DNA from: a candidate division WOR-1 bacterium RIFCSPLOWO2_02_FULL_46_20
GTDB lineage: Bacteria; Margulisbacteria; WOR-1; O2-12-FULL-45-9
Length of the DNA stretch: 64,000 nucleotides
Direction of reading: 5' to 3'
NCBI GenBank assembly: GCA_001771365.1
Contig: METP01000033.1
Coordinates: forward strand, 11,325 to 75,324
The position numbers and the translations under genes were made by a program. Below are positions 50,274-59,755 of this stretch, piece after piece (positions within the stretch are counted from its first letter, which is position 1; every line of letters begins with the position of its first letter). The notes under the pieces were generated by a model that was given only the letters and a program-made list of their open reading frames with translations, made no database searches and was not told the DNA's origin.

Positions 50274-52361
50274 ATGGCGATGCTTGGATTAGACATGAAG
50301 TCAATAAGAAGTCTTTTTTCTGCCAGTGATTTCTTCGTGGCCATGATACTGGTAGTCATCATTTCGCTGATGCTTATTCCCCTCCCCCCCTTCTTTTTGG
50401 ATTTATTATTAACGCTTAATATTGGTTTTTCGCTCGTCATCCTCCTGGTCGCCATGTATCTAAGAGAGCCTCTCGAGTTTGCCGCTTTTCCATCGGTTCT
50501 CCTGATCATCACGGTCTTGCGCTTGGCCTTAAACATTGCCTCTTCAAGGTTGATTTTGACGGAAGCCTACGCGGGAGAAGTGATCAGCGCTTTTGGCAAC
50601 TTTGTGGTGGGCGGCAATTACATTGTCGGCGCTATCATCTTTTCTATTATCACCATTGTAAACTTCGTGGTTATTACCAAAGGTTCAGAGCGAGTCGCCG
50701 AAGTTGCCGCGCGTTTTACCCTGGACGCTATGCCCGGCAAACAGATGTCTATTGACGCGGATCTTAATGCCGGTTTAGTTGACGCGACCGAAGCTCGCAA
50801 CCGCCGCAGAAAAATAGAACGCGAGGCTACCTTCTTCGGTTCTATGGACGGCGCCAATAAGTTCGTCCGTGGAGATTCTATCGCCGGCATTATTATCGTT
50901 ATTGTAAACGTCTTGGGCGGCATACTGATTGGTTGGCTGCAGGGCGGCATGGGCGTTATGGAAGCCCTGGCTCTTTACGCGCTGCTGACGATTGGCGCCG
51001 GTCTAATAGCCCAAGTTACCGCGCTTCTGGTTTCTATTGCCGCCGGCCTGGTTATTACCAAATCAGCCTCGGAAATGAGCTTGGGCACGGACGTCGCCAA
51101 TCAAATTTTTGCCCAGCCGCGCGCCTTCGCTTTTGTCTGCATCATTCTTGGGGTCTTTGCCCTGGTTCCCGGCATTCCAACCATCCCCTTTTTAACCCTG
51201 GCGTTTGGTTCCGGCATTTTAGCTTTGGTGCTTATGCGCAACCAGGATATGAGCAACGAATCTAAAGTGGTGAGCGAAGAAGTTTCGGCCAAGGACGTCT
51301 TAAAAAAACCGGAGAGTATCCTTGGCACCTTGGGGCTGGATCCCCTTTCCTTAAAGGCCGGCAGAAACATTATCCCATTAATTGACCCCGGACAAAAAGG
51401 CCCATTACTGGAACGCATCACTTTGATCCGCTACAACATTGGCCAGGAGCTGGGCTTTGTCATTCCCGGAGTCAGGGTCATGGATGATCTTAGCCTGCCG
51501 CCGGACCAGTATGTCGTCGAAATACGCGGCACCAAAGTTTCCACCGGCGAGATTAAGATGGGGCATCATTTAGTCGATCTCCCCCTGGCCCAGGTAAGAG
51601 CAAAAAAATTAAGAGGCATTGGCGCCAAAGATGCCACGTCTAACGACCCGATTACCTGGGTGCCGGACGATAATCTTCCGCAGCTGCAAAAACTCGGCAT
51701 GGCAGCCAAGCCGGTGGTAGACGTAATCGCCGAACACTTTGCCGAAGTCATCAAACGCCATGCCGATGAAATTATGACCAGACAAAACGTTCAGTCCCTG
51801 ATCGAATTAGTAAAAAACACCAACGCGGCTATCGTCCGGGAACTGATCCCCGACCTGCTCTCTCTGGGCCAGGTGCATAAAGTCTTGCAGCTCCTGGTAA
51901 GAGAGAGAGTTTCTATCCGCGATCTTTCAACCATTTTGGAGAGATTGGCAGATTACGCGCATCTCTCCCGTGATATAAATATCCTGGCGGAATATGTCAG
52001 GCAATCTCTGGCCAGACAAATCTGTGAAAAATACACGAACAAAGACAGTGTCATAACCGTTGTCACCATTGATCCCGCGCTTGAAGAAACCATGATCGGA
52101 GCTATTCATCAATCCGAGTATGGTTCGTTTTTAGCGCTCGATCCAAATGTCGGCGAAAAAGTCCTGGTGCAGATTTCCGGACATCTGCGCAACTTTAAAC
52201 GGATGAAGCTTGGTCCGGTTATCTTGTGTTCTCCAAGGCTGCGGCCGCATTTTAAACGTTTTATCGAGCGCAGTTTTCCCGATGTGGCGGTACTTTCTTA
52301 TAACGAAATAGTCCCGCAGGTTAAGGTACAAAGTATCGGAATGATCTCGATTGAGCAATGA
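50274..52361 (+). CDS. flhA: Export platform protein FlhA
   Basis: ERVAEVAARFTLDAMPGKQMSIDADL, GSMDGA.KFV.GD. Confidence 0.96.
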   Translation: MAMLGLDMKSIRSLFSASDFFVAMILVVIISLMLIPLPPFFLDLLLTLNIGFSLVILLVAMYLREPLEFAAFPSVLLIITVLRLALNIASSRLILTEAYAGEVISAFGNFVVGGNYIVGAIIFSIITIVNFVVITKGSERVAEVAARFTLDAMPGKQMSIDADLNAGLVDATEARNRRRKIEREATFFGSMDGANKFVRGDSIAGIIIVIVNVLGGILIGWLQGGMGVMEALALYALLTIGAGLIAQVTALLVSIAAGLVITKSASEMSLGTDVANQIFAQPRAFAFVCIILGVFALVPGIPTIPFLTLAFGSGILALVLMRNQDMSNESKVVSEEVSAKDVLKKPESILGTLGLDPLSLKAGRNIIPLIDPGQKGPLLERITLIRYNIGQELGFVIPGVRVMDDLSLPPDQYVVEIRGTKVSTGEIKMGHHLVDLPLAQVRAKKLRGIGAKDATSNDPITWVPDDNLPQLQKLGMAAKPVVDVIAEHFAEVIKRHADEIMTRQNVQSLIELVKNTNAAIVRELIPDLLSLGQVHKVLQLLVRERVSIRDLSTILERLADYAHLSRDINILAEYVRQSLARQICEKYTNKDSVITVVTIDPALEETMIGAIHQSEYGSFLALDPNVGEKVLVQISGHLRNFKRMKLGPVILCSPRLRPHFKRFIERSFPDVAVLSYNEIVPQVKVQSIGMISIEQ

Positions 52362-52424
52362 TTTTGGTTGACAGATTCAGCAAATACATGCTATTATTTT
52401 CCTTCTATAGTTAGCGGGCAAATA

Positions 52425-54329
52425 ATGAAAAAAATCTCTCTTGTTTGTTTGGTTGTCCTCTTAGCCGCCGGGGCCGTCCTGGCGCAAGCCGCGCCCGATC
52501 CTATTCGTTTGGCTACCGGTGCCCGTATCCTGGGTATGGGTAAGGCTTTCGCCGGTCTCTCAGATGATATCAGCTCATTTTTTATTAACCCGGCCGGACT
52601 GGCTAACCCTCTACGCTGGCAGGTCACCTCCATGTCGGGCAAACTGCTGGAAGAATTTAATTATTTATCATTTTCAGGCCTCTACCCCACTGAACTGGGT
52701 AATTTTGGCCTGGCTTATGCCGGTTCGTCTATTGGCGGAGCTTTTGCCACAACCATTGAGGCAGGTTCCGATCCGGATGATCCTATCTACGTTATTGACT
52801 ATAGCCAGGATCCCATGAGTTACTACAATAACCTGCTCCTGCTTTCGTACGCTTTAAAACTGGAACAAATATCCGAGTTCCCTTTACTTTCCGACGCGAC
52901 CAAGCGCTTCCCCCTGCTCAAAGATATAAATGTCGGGGCTAACTTAAAATTCTTTTCCGTCAACCTTACGGGTGACGGCATCACCCAGGGCAACGCCAGC
53001 GGCAACGAATTGGACTTAGGCATACAAGGCCCAACTTCTTATCCCTGGTTAACCTGGGGAGCCACTATTCAAAACGCGTTAACGACCGCTATGGGGGGTA
53101 AGCTTGTTTACCAATCAGGCTGGGAAGAGCACTACCCTGCCCTTTTAAAAGTTGGCCTCGCCACCAATATAATCGGACGCAAAAACGCGCTCTACGGCTT
53201 TGAACCGCATACCTTAAAATTCTTAATTGACCTGGATTACGAGCTGTCTCGCAGCACCCTGCCTCCTATATACCATTTGGGACTTGAATGGGAGCCAATG
53301 GAGCTGGTGGCTATCCGTGTCGGCATTGACCAGGAGATGGTAACCGCAAGCAACATAGCCAACAACCTGACAACGGGAGTCGGGCTAACTTCCGGCGATT
53401 TTCGTTTTGATTACGCTTACCATCAATTTTACGGCGCGCCGGGCGTTGACAACCATTTCTTTTCCCTGTCCTACGGCATCAGCCCCGCCGAGAGGGTAAA
53501 AGATCATTTGATAAGCGCTCCCGACAAACTCACGACCACCCTGGCCGCGGTTGATGTTGAAGGAGCGGCCGTAGATCCTCGCATTACCGACGTAAGAATA
53601 AATAAAATAAAAGTAGCGCTCTCCGCCCGGGCGGAGTTTAAAACCCAGACCTCTCTTAACGTCGGCAAAAATGTTTTTGTGGTTGAAGGTTATGATAACA
53701 AGGGCAAGTTGATAGAGGCGGACAAACTACGCATGTTAAGGCTTATAAATTATCCGGACGTTCCGTCAGACTATTGGGCAGCCGAACAGATCGGTTATAT
53801 CGGCACATTAGGGATTATTAAAGGGTACCCGGACGGCTCCTTTAAACCCAAGGGAAATATAACCCGCGCCGAGCTCTCGGCTCTGCTTATCAGAACACAA
53901 GTGGGCGGCGATGACAAGGTCCCCTCTGACGTGGAGAGCTCTGGATTTAAAGATATACCTTCTTCCCACTTTTGGGCCGCCAAATATATTGATTTAGCCG
54001 CCAAAAGTAAAATTGTTACCGGTTATCCGGATGGGACATTCCGTCCATCGGCCAATATTACCCGGGCGGAAGGCCTGACCATGATTGCCCGTTTTGGCCA
54101 GGTTGAGAAAGCAACCTACAGCGGTGAATTTACGGATATACCTTTTGAACATTGGGCCGCCCCTATTATCGCCGGAGCCAACAATGAGGGGATGCTTGTT
54201 TACTTGAAAGGCGAGCTATTTGAGCCTAATCGCTTGTTAACGCGCGCGGAAGCGGTAGAAATGCTCTATCGCAGCCAGCCAGTTATGGAACTTATTGGCG
54301 GTCTGGCAAATTTTGAATCGGGTTACTAA
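52425..54329 (+). CDS. PorV/PorQ(FadL)-like outer-membrane beta-barrel fused to an Ig-like domain and three SLH domains
   Basis: Signal peptide; GARILGMGKAF...D.SSFFINPAGL; barrel end DYAY...HFFSLSY; GYPDGSFKP..ITRAE-type SLH repeats. Confidence 0.8.
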   Translation: MKKISLVCLVVLLAAGAVLAQAAPDPIRLATGARILGMGKAFAGLSDDISSFFINPAGLANPLRWQVTSMSGKLLEEFNYLSFSGLYPTELGNFGLAYAGSSIGGAFATTIEAGSDPDDPIYVIDYSQDPMSYYNNLLLLSYALKLEQISEFPLLSDATKRFPLLKDINVGANLKFFSVNLTGDGITQGNASGNELDLGIQGPTSYPWLTWGATIQNALTTAMGGKLVYQSGWEEHYPALLKVGLATNIIGRKNALYGFEPHTLKFLIDLDYELSRSTLPPIYHLGLEWEPMELVAIRVGIDQEMVTASNIANNLTTGVGLTSGDFRFDYAYHQFYGAPGVDNHFFSLSYGISPAERVKDHLISAPDKLTTTLAAVDVEGAAVDPRITDVRINKIKVALSARAEFKTQTSLNVGKNVFVVEGYDNKGKLIEADKLRMLRLINYPDVPSDYWAAEQIGYIGTLGIIKGYPDGSFKPKGNITRAELSALLIRTQVGGDDKVPSDVESSGFKDIPSSHFWAAKYIDLAAKSKIVTGYPDGTFRPSANITRAEGLTMIARFGQVEKATYSGEFTDIPFEHWAAPIIAGANNEGMLVYLKGELFEPNRLLTRAEAVEMLYRSQPVMELIGGLANFESGY

Positions 54330-54342
54330 GGAGGAGACATAG

Positions 54343-56382
54343 ATGCGTCGTTTTTTATTAACAGGAATTTTTATAACCGTTCTTCTATTGCCATCAATCG
54401 GTTACGCCACCACGGTAACCTGGAAAGCCCAAACCACTCCCACTGCCGCGGAATTATTTGCAGTTTACGCAATTAATGGCTCCAAGGCTCTCGCTGTCGG
54501 CAATAATACCCTGGCCAAAACAATCAACAGAGTTACCTGGACAGACACCAGCCCCTCCTCCATCTATACCTACAATTCCGCTTTCGTCGTTTCGTCGGAT
54601 GCCTATGTGGTCGGCACTGATGCCAGCAACGGCGTAATTATATATTCGACAAATGAAGGGAACAGCTGGTCTGGCGCCAGTGCGGTTGTCGGTTCCGCTT
54701 CTTTTACCGATCTCTTTTTTATTGGCACTTACGGTTGGGTTATCAACACCTCTTCTCCCCGCGTTTATAAAACCGTTGATAGCGGGGACAATTGGTTAGC
54801 CGCCGCGACCGGCCTGGCCAATATACCCTACAATGCCGTTTACTTTACCAGTACCAGTGAAGGCTGGGTCGCCGGCAACGGTGGAAATATTTACAAAACC
54901 ACTAACGGCGGCGGCAGTTGGACGGTCCAAACGAGCGGCACAGCCAACAACTTAAACGACATCTTTTTTATGGATGCCAACACCGGTTGGGCGGTTGGCG
55001 ATACCGGCACAATTTTAAAAACTACCGATGGCGGAACAACCTGGGCCACCCAAACCAGTGGAACAGTTAATAATTTAAACTCTGTTTCTTTTGGCACAGC
55101 CAGTGTTGGCTGGACCGTTGGCGACAGCGGCACGATTATTAAAAGTTCTGACGGCGGCAGCAGTTGGGCTGCCCAGGCCAGCGGCACGGTTGCCAATCTC
55201 AACGGTGTCAGCTTTATCGACGCTTACAATGGCTGGACTGTGGGAAACAATGTTATTTTGAGGCATTATACGGCCACCATAAGTTCTGTTACCCGCACCC
55301 ACCCTGCTGCCGGCGAGGTAACCTGGGAATCACAGGGAGCGCTAAGAGCTATAACAATTAACGGGGCCAATTTCCAGACAGGCGCCGCGGTAACCTTTGA
55401 AGGCTCAACCATCAGCACTCTTTATGCTTCGGTCGAAAGCTCGGCTAAGATAACCGCCACCATCTGGGTCCCACTCGCAGAAACAGTTGGTTTAAAAAAC
55501 TTAAAAATGACCAACACCGATACCAGCACCGATACTTTGAGTAATGGTTTCGAAATCCGCGCGGCGGGAACCAGCCCAACTTTTACCACCTGGGAAGTCG
55601 GCTATACATCCTCGGATGCTTCGGTCGCGATTTATGACCTGCCTACCAGAATAACCGTTGAGGTCGAGGACACCGGTGGTTTAACCAGAGGCAGCATAAA
55701 GTTTGTCGCTTATCTTTCCAGCGCGGGCAGTTATGCTCCTGAATATTATTATCTCTTTTCCGGTGACACGATCGGCTTTGAAACACTGGCGACGAACGGA
55801 GCCACCATAACAAAAGCCCGGGCGACGGCGACCCTGCGCTACTTTTACAAAAGCGGTGAAAGCACTGGAACCAAGTATTATATCCAAGATCTCATAAATG
55901 GAAAGGCAAAGGCCAGACCATTATATTTCTACGTTGAAAATTCAGCCACCTACCCAAGCTACCTGCTTTATGATAGTGAGGTTTACTACGACAGTACAAA
56001 AATTCCACCGGGGGCAACTGTCGTGTCTACGCCGCTACTGCCGGAGGCGGCCGTTTCTAACGTTATTAGCACAGCCAACCCCGCGTTTACTTTGCAGATT
56101 GAAGTCGACGCGGCAACGGCTGCCAGCGTTACAACCGATGGCGCGATTTTATTGTTCAGCGGCGCTAATGGCATAGTAGCCAATCACAATGTCGTTTTTA
56201 GGCGGGTCAATTCAGGCTTAACAGCCTCGGGCATTCGCGCCTCAGCGGCCGGCAATGAAATTGTTAAAGTCACAACCACCATAGGCAACGTGGCTTCCGG
56301 CATATATAAAGTTAATCTTATGACAGCCGACAGGAAAACAAGGTTCGGAACAGGCAAGGTTGTCGTTCAACCCTGGCGTTAA
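54343..56382 (+). CDS. Secreted YCF48/BNR-type beta-propeller with Ig-like domains and a T9SS-like C-terminal domain
   Basis: Repeats GWAVG..GTI.KT.DGG.TW; TINGANFQTGA; C-terminus ASGIYKV...GKVVV. Confidence 0.75.
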   Translation: MRRFLLTGIFITVLLLPSIGYATTVTWKAQTTPTAAELFAVYAINGSKALAVGNNTLAKTINRVTWTDTSPSSIYTYNSAFVVSSDAYVVGTDASNGVIIYSTNEGNSWSGASAVVGSASFTDLFFIGTYGWVINTSSPRVYKTVDSGDNWLAAATGLANIPYNAVYFTSTSEGWVAGNGGNIYKTTNGGGSWTVQTSGTANNLNDIFFMDANTGWAVGDTGTILKTTDGGTTWATQTSGTVNNLNSVSFGTASVGWTVGDSGTIIKSSDGGSSWAAQASGTVANLNGVSFIDAYNGWTVGNNVILRHYTATISSVTRTHPAAGEVTWESQGALRAITINGANFQTGAAVTFEGSTISTLYASVESSAKITATIWVPLAETVGLKNLKMTNTDTSTDTLSNGFEIRAAGTSPTFTTWEVGYTSSDASVAIYDLPTRITVEVEDTGGLTRGSIKFVAYLSSAGSYAPEYYYLFSGDTIGFETLATNGATITKARATATLRYFYKSGESTGTKYYIQDLINGKAKARPLYFYVENSATYPSYLLYDSEVYYDSTKIPPGATVVSTPLLPEAAVSNVISTANPAFTLQIEVDAATAASVTTDGAILLFSGANGIVANHNVVFRRVNSGLTASGIRASAAGNEIVKVTTTIGNVASGIYKVNLMTADRKTRFGTGKVVVQPWR

Positions 56383-57518
56383 GGCAGGCAGGTAAATTTC
56401 CCTTTCCCCAGCAACTTGTTATTCTCACGATTGATGATGGTAAATATATAGATGCCCGAACTGACCGGTGAGCCCTGCTCCGTCGTAAGATTCCAGCTAA
56501 CCTTATTAACTCCGGCCGAACCACCCTCGTCACGCCTGGCAATTTGGTATCTCTTAACGATTCGGCCTGAAACGTCAATGAGTACCATCTCAATATCCAT
56601 ATCACGATTTAAGGTATATTGGAAGGTAACAGAACTGGTGGTCTTAAGATGCAAGGGGCTCGGATAAGTTATCGGCACACCCAGGAGTCTGCCTTCTCCA
56701 CCGGCCACGGTTACGGTACAAGTTTCTATTGTTGTCCCAAAAATATTAGAAGCCTTAAAAACCAGATCGTGCTTTCCGTCGGCCAGGGTCTCATCTTCCA
56801 CGTTAAAATCAAAAGTAAAATTCACCGCGGTTGGTACCCCGGAGGGCCCCGAAGACTTCGTAATGTGAGAGGCGCTGATTTTGAAGGTCTTGGCGTCAGC
56901 TTTCCCTTCATTTAAAACCATGGAAATGTGGCTTAGGCTCAAACCAAAAACGGAAGTCAACCTGGCATTAACCTCAGGCTGATCGGAGATAATAAACTCT
57001 TGTCCTTTGGCCACGAGTTCTCGCTGGTAAATGCGTTTGCCAAAACGTATTTCCTCAAACCCCGGGGCCAGGCCTTCAACTAGAGTGGGTTTTTCCGGCG
57101 GCTCCGCCACGCCGGCTCCCGCGGCCAGAACAAGGCTCTGGTCAACTATGTCATATCCTTGTCCGGTTAAGGTTACTTCTACCGGATTGGCTCCGTAACC
57201 ATCCGCGGCTTTAACGATCGCCACATAATATTTGCCTGGAGCGACTTCCAGGCGCCAGTCTTCAAAAGCATTGAGCATATAATTGTTGTCACGGCCCGAG
57301 AGCCCGGAAACCCCCACAAGCTCATCGGCATAGCCCTGAGATGGATCGGTTGCCGGATCTATTTTATAGAAAACAACCCGACGGCCATCGGTTCCCACCC
57401 CATCCGGATCGGAAACCGCGCCCGCGATCCAATACATGCCAAGGTAAAGCTGCTGCGTTTGAACAGCTACGCCGCAAACCAACAACAGGCCCAACAATAT
57501 TAGCGCTATTCTCTTCAT
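56379..57518 (-). CDS. Secreted protein with a T9SS type-A-like/FlgD-Ig C-terminal domain
   Basis: YPSP...FQYTL...IDVSGRIVK...W......G..VSSGIY.......GKGKF. Confidence 0.75.
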   Translation of the reverse strand: MKRIALILLGLLLVCGVAVQTQQLYLGMYWIAGAVSDPDGVGTDGRRVVFYKIDPATDPSQGYADELVGVSGLSGRDNNYMLNAFEDWRLEVAPGKYYVAIVKAADGYGANPVEVTLTGQGYDIVDQSLVLAAGAGVAEPPEKPTLVEGLAPGFEEIRFGKRIYQRELVAKGQEFIISDQPEVNARLTSVFGLSLSHISMVLNEGKADAKTFKISASHITKSSGPSGVPTAVNFTFDFNVEDETLADGKHDLVFKASNIFGTTIETCTVTVAGGEGRLLGVPITYPSPLHLKTTSSVTFQYTLNRDMDIEMVLIDVSGRIVKRYQIARRDEGGSAGVNKVSWNLTTEQGSPVSSGIYIFTIINRENNKLLGKGKFTCLP

Positions 57519-59728
57519 TCAGCTACTGCCTCAGAAACCACAACCTCAACATTTTTCAGCACAGAAATTTGATATGCCCTACCCCGCACCAATAGTTCTT
57601 TATGGGGATCCGCGTCTATCCCTCCCCCTTCCGTCCCGGTAAACCCAGCCCCGGTCATATAATATCCTACAATTTGACTATGTGCCATCCAGCCGATTGC
57701 GGCTACCGTACCAGCACCTTCATAATCTATCGCATCTATAAAATCACCAATGGTGCTGACAGTTCTTGGCGCGCCACCAGCTACAACGACACTCACAGGC
57801 GGAACAGGCAATATGGTAAATGGATTAATACCCAACCCCCCCTCCACTTTCGTGAAGGAAAAAGTAATCGGTTGAACACCGCCACCCCGGACAATGGTCT
57901 CTCCGGCGGACGGCACTCCAGGACGCACCGCGGCAGTTACCGGGTCTGAAAAACGACGATCTCTTAAAACAGAATCGAGCATAGAGCTATCGGTTAAGCT
58001 GGTTCCGGCTGTAAGGAAAGGAACACCGGTTTTATTATAAGAAAAGGCCTTTATAAAATAGACGCTATTTAAATTAAGCGCGGTCCCAACCACATCCTGA
58101 CGCACAACCAAGGAATCTATCGCATCACTATCAGCCACTGCCAAAATTTTTATATTGCCAGCGGCCAGATTGGTGACCCAACTGTCGCGATTAGCGTCGG
58201 CATCAGGCGGCAAGCCAAGAGGAACTGAGCCACTGCCCCAGGTACTATACCAGTCCCATTTATTTTCAAGATCGGTCGTGTAGATAAAAGCTACTCCGCC
58301 ATAGGCACTGTCACCCACCGGCTTATCCCAAAATAGATAAAGGGAAGTTGTGCCATCGGCCTCAAAAGACGAGTACGCAAAGAAGTTCTTGACTGCTTGA
58401 GGGGCGACTCCAGGGATCCCAGACGCGTTGGCTGCGCTTGAATAATTTCGACCCTGTTGTCTGGGAGATCCGTCTACAGGATCATAAGCAAAAATTTGAT
58501 AATAGTACCTGGTGCCATTAACCAGGTGACTATCCTCAAGCTCCGCGCCCGTATCCGAATATGATGATCCATTACCATTGTAGATTACTTTTCCACCGTT
58601 AAGTGTGGCGCCAACCGCGTATATGTCTCCGTGTTCTTGACCATTACTATCGGAATCATTATCTCTCGCGCTCACCAGGGTCGGCGCGCCTGAAGGCGAA
58701 GTTAAATACCTAATAATTAAATAACCACCCACGTCACCACCTCCTCCACCAAAAGCCAACTGAAGCCTCTGGTTCCCGGCAGAAGCAGTAAGGGTAGGCG
58801 CAGAAGGCGGTGTATGGTCAGTGGGGATGTCAGATACAACAAGATTATTTTGTTCTTCATTACGTGTTGGGGTACAATCATCTTGCGCCCGAACAAGATA
58901 AAAATATTCCGTCCCATCATTCAGGCCACTATTAATATATGTAAAAGCATTATGTGTAGGAACCAAAGGGCTGGTCGCAGAAAATGGATTGGTCAACCCG
59001 CGATAGATATTAAACCTCAACCCTCCGCCGCTATGTGATCCGTCATGCCCCGCATAATATGTCGCCGCGCCCCCTGCCGTATCCAGATCATTCGCACTGC
59101 TACCGTTTGATGTCCAATTTAGATTCAAGGTATTTCCCGTCTGTTGATCAACCACGGTATTTATCCCGGCAAAAGTCGGCACACTTGAAGTTTTAATATG
59201 AATAGCATTTGCACCTGTGGGATCAATCCTTTGTCCGGTTACATCATTGCCGCTATCAACCACTCGAACATTATTTATCTGATCATTAACGGTAAACCTG
59301 ATAAAATAGGTTTCCGTGCCAGCCGCAGCAGTCTGTTTCACATGGAAATTTATTTGGATCAAATTGGCCGCGCTAGAGACAGCCAGAGGGCTTTGGCCGG
59401 CTTCGGGATTAGTTCTTAGTTGATAACGAACCAACCCCGGAGTAACCAGGTTACTCTCGCTGACTGTAAATTTCCCAGGATTGAGATTGGTAATGCTAAT
59501 AGAGTTTTGTTCAATAAAAGCGCTTTCATAATCGATATATAATTTTACCGCGTCAACATTAGCCGGAGCGGTGGTTGAAAATTTGACAATAATACTGGCG
59601 TTAGCCCCCACTTCAAGGTTGGGGCTGGAATATCCATCAACTTTTGGCGTTAAAAACTCCAGATCGGCAAGGGCCGATGAGCACAATATACCCCCCACAA
59701 AAATAAAAATCAATAATTTTCTCATCAC
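57515..59728 (-). CDS. Secreted cohesin-like + fibronectin-III surface protein
   Basis: Signal peptide; cohesin-like N-domain; LNDGTEYFYLVRA and LVNGTRYYYQIFAYD FnIII repeats. Confidence 0.65.
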   Translation of the reverse strand: MMRKLLIFIFVGGILCSSALADLEFLTPKVDGYSSPNLEVGANASIIVKFSTTAPANVDAVKLYIDYESAFIEQNSISITNLNPGKFTVSESNLVTPGLVRYQLRTNPEAGQSPLAVSSAANLIQINFHVKQTAAAGTETYFIRFTVNDQINNVRVVDSGNDVTGQRIDPTGANAIHIKTSSVPTFAGINTVVDQQTGNTLNLNWTSNGSSANDLDTAGGAATYYAGHDGSHSGGGLRFNIYRGLTNPFSATSPLVPTHNAFTYINSGLNDGTEYFYLVRAQDDCTPTRNEEQNNLVVSDIPTDHTPPSAPTLTASAGNQRLQLAFGGGGGDVGGYLIIRYLTSPSGAPTLVSARDNDSDSNGQEHGDIYAVGATLNGGKVIYNGNGSSYSDTGAELEDSHLVNGTRYYYQIFAYDPVDGSPRQQGRNYSSAANASGIPGVAPQAVKNFFAYSSFEADGTTSLYLFWDKPVGDSAYGGVAFIYTTDLENKWDWYSTWGSGSVPLGLPPDADANRDSWVTNLAAGNIKILAVADSDAIDSLVVRQDVVGTALNLNSVYFIKAFSYNKTGVPFLTAGTSLTDSSMLDSVLRDRRFSDPVTAAVRPGVPSAGETIVRGGGVQPITFSFTKVEGGLGINPFTILPVPPVSVVVAGGAPRTVSTIGDFIDAIDYEGAGTVAAIGWMAHSQIVGYYMTGAGFTGTEGGGIDADPHKELLVRGRAYQISVLKNVEVVVSEAVAE

Positions 59729-59755
59729 AATTATTTTCCTCCTTTTTCTACGTAT

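Noticed and set aside
54343..56382. YCF48 repeats as evidence of photosynthesis
   Set aside because: This is a generic BNR-type propeller in a secreted multidomain protein; no photosystem genes are present.
56379..56382. Convergent genes sharing a TTAA stop overlap
   Set aside because: A common result of genome compaction; no further signal.
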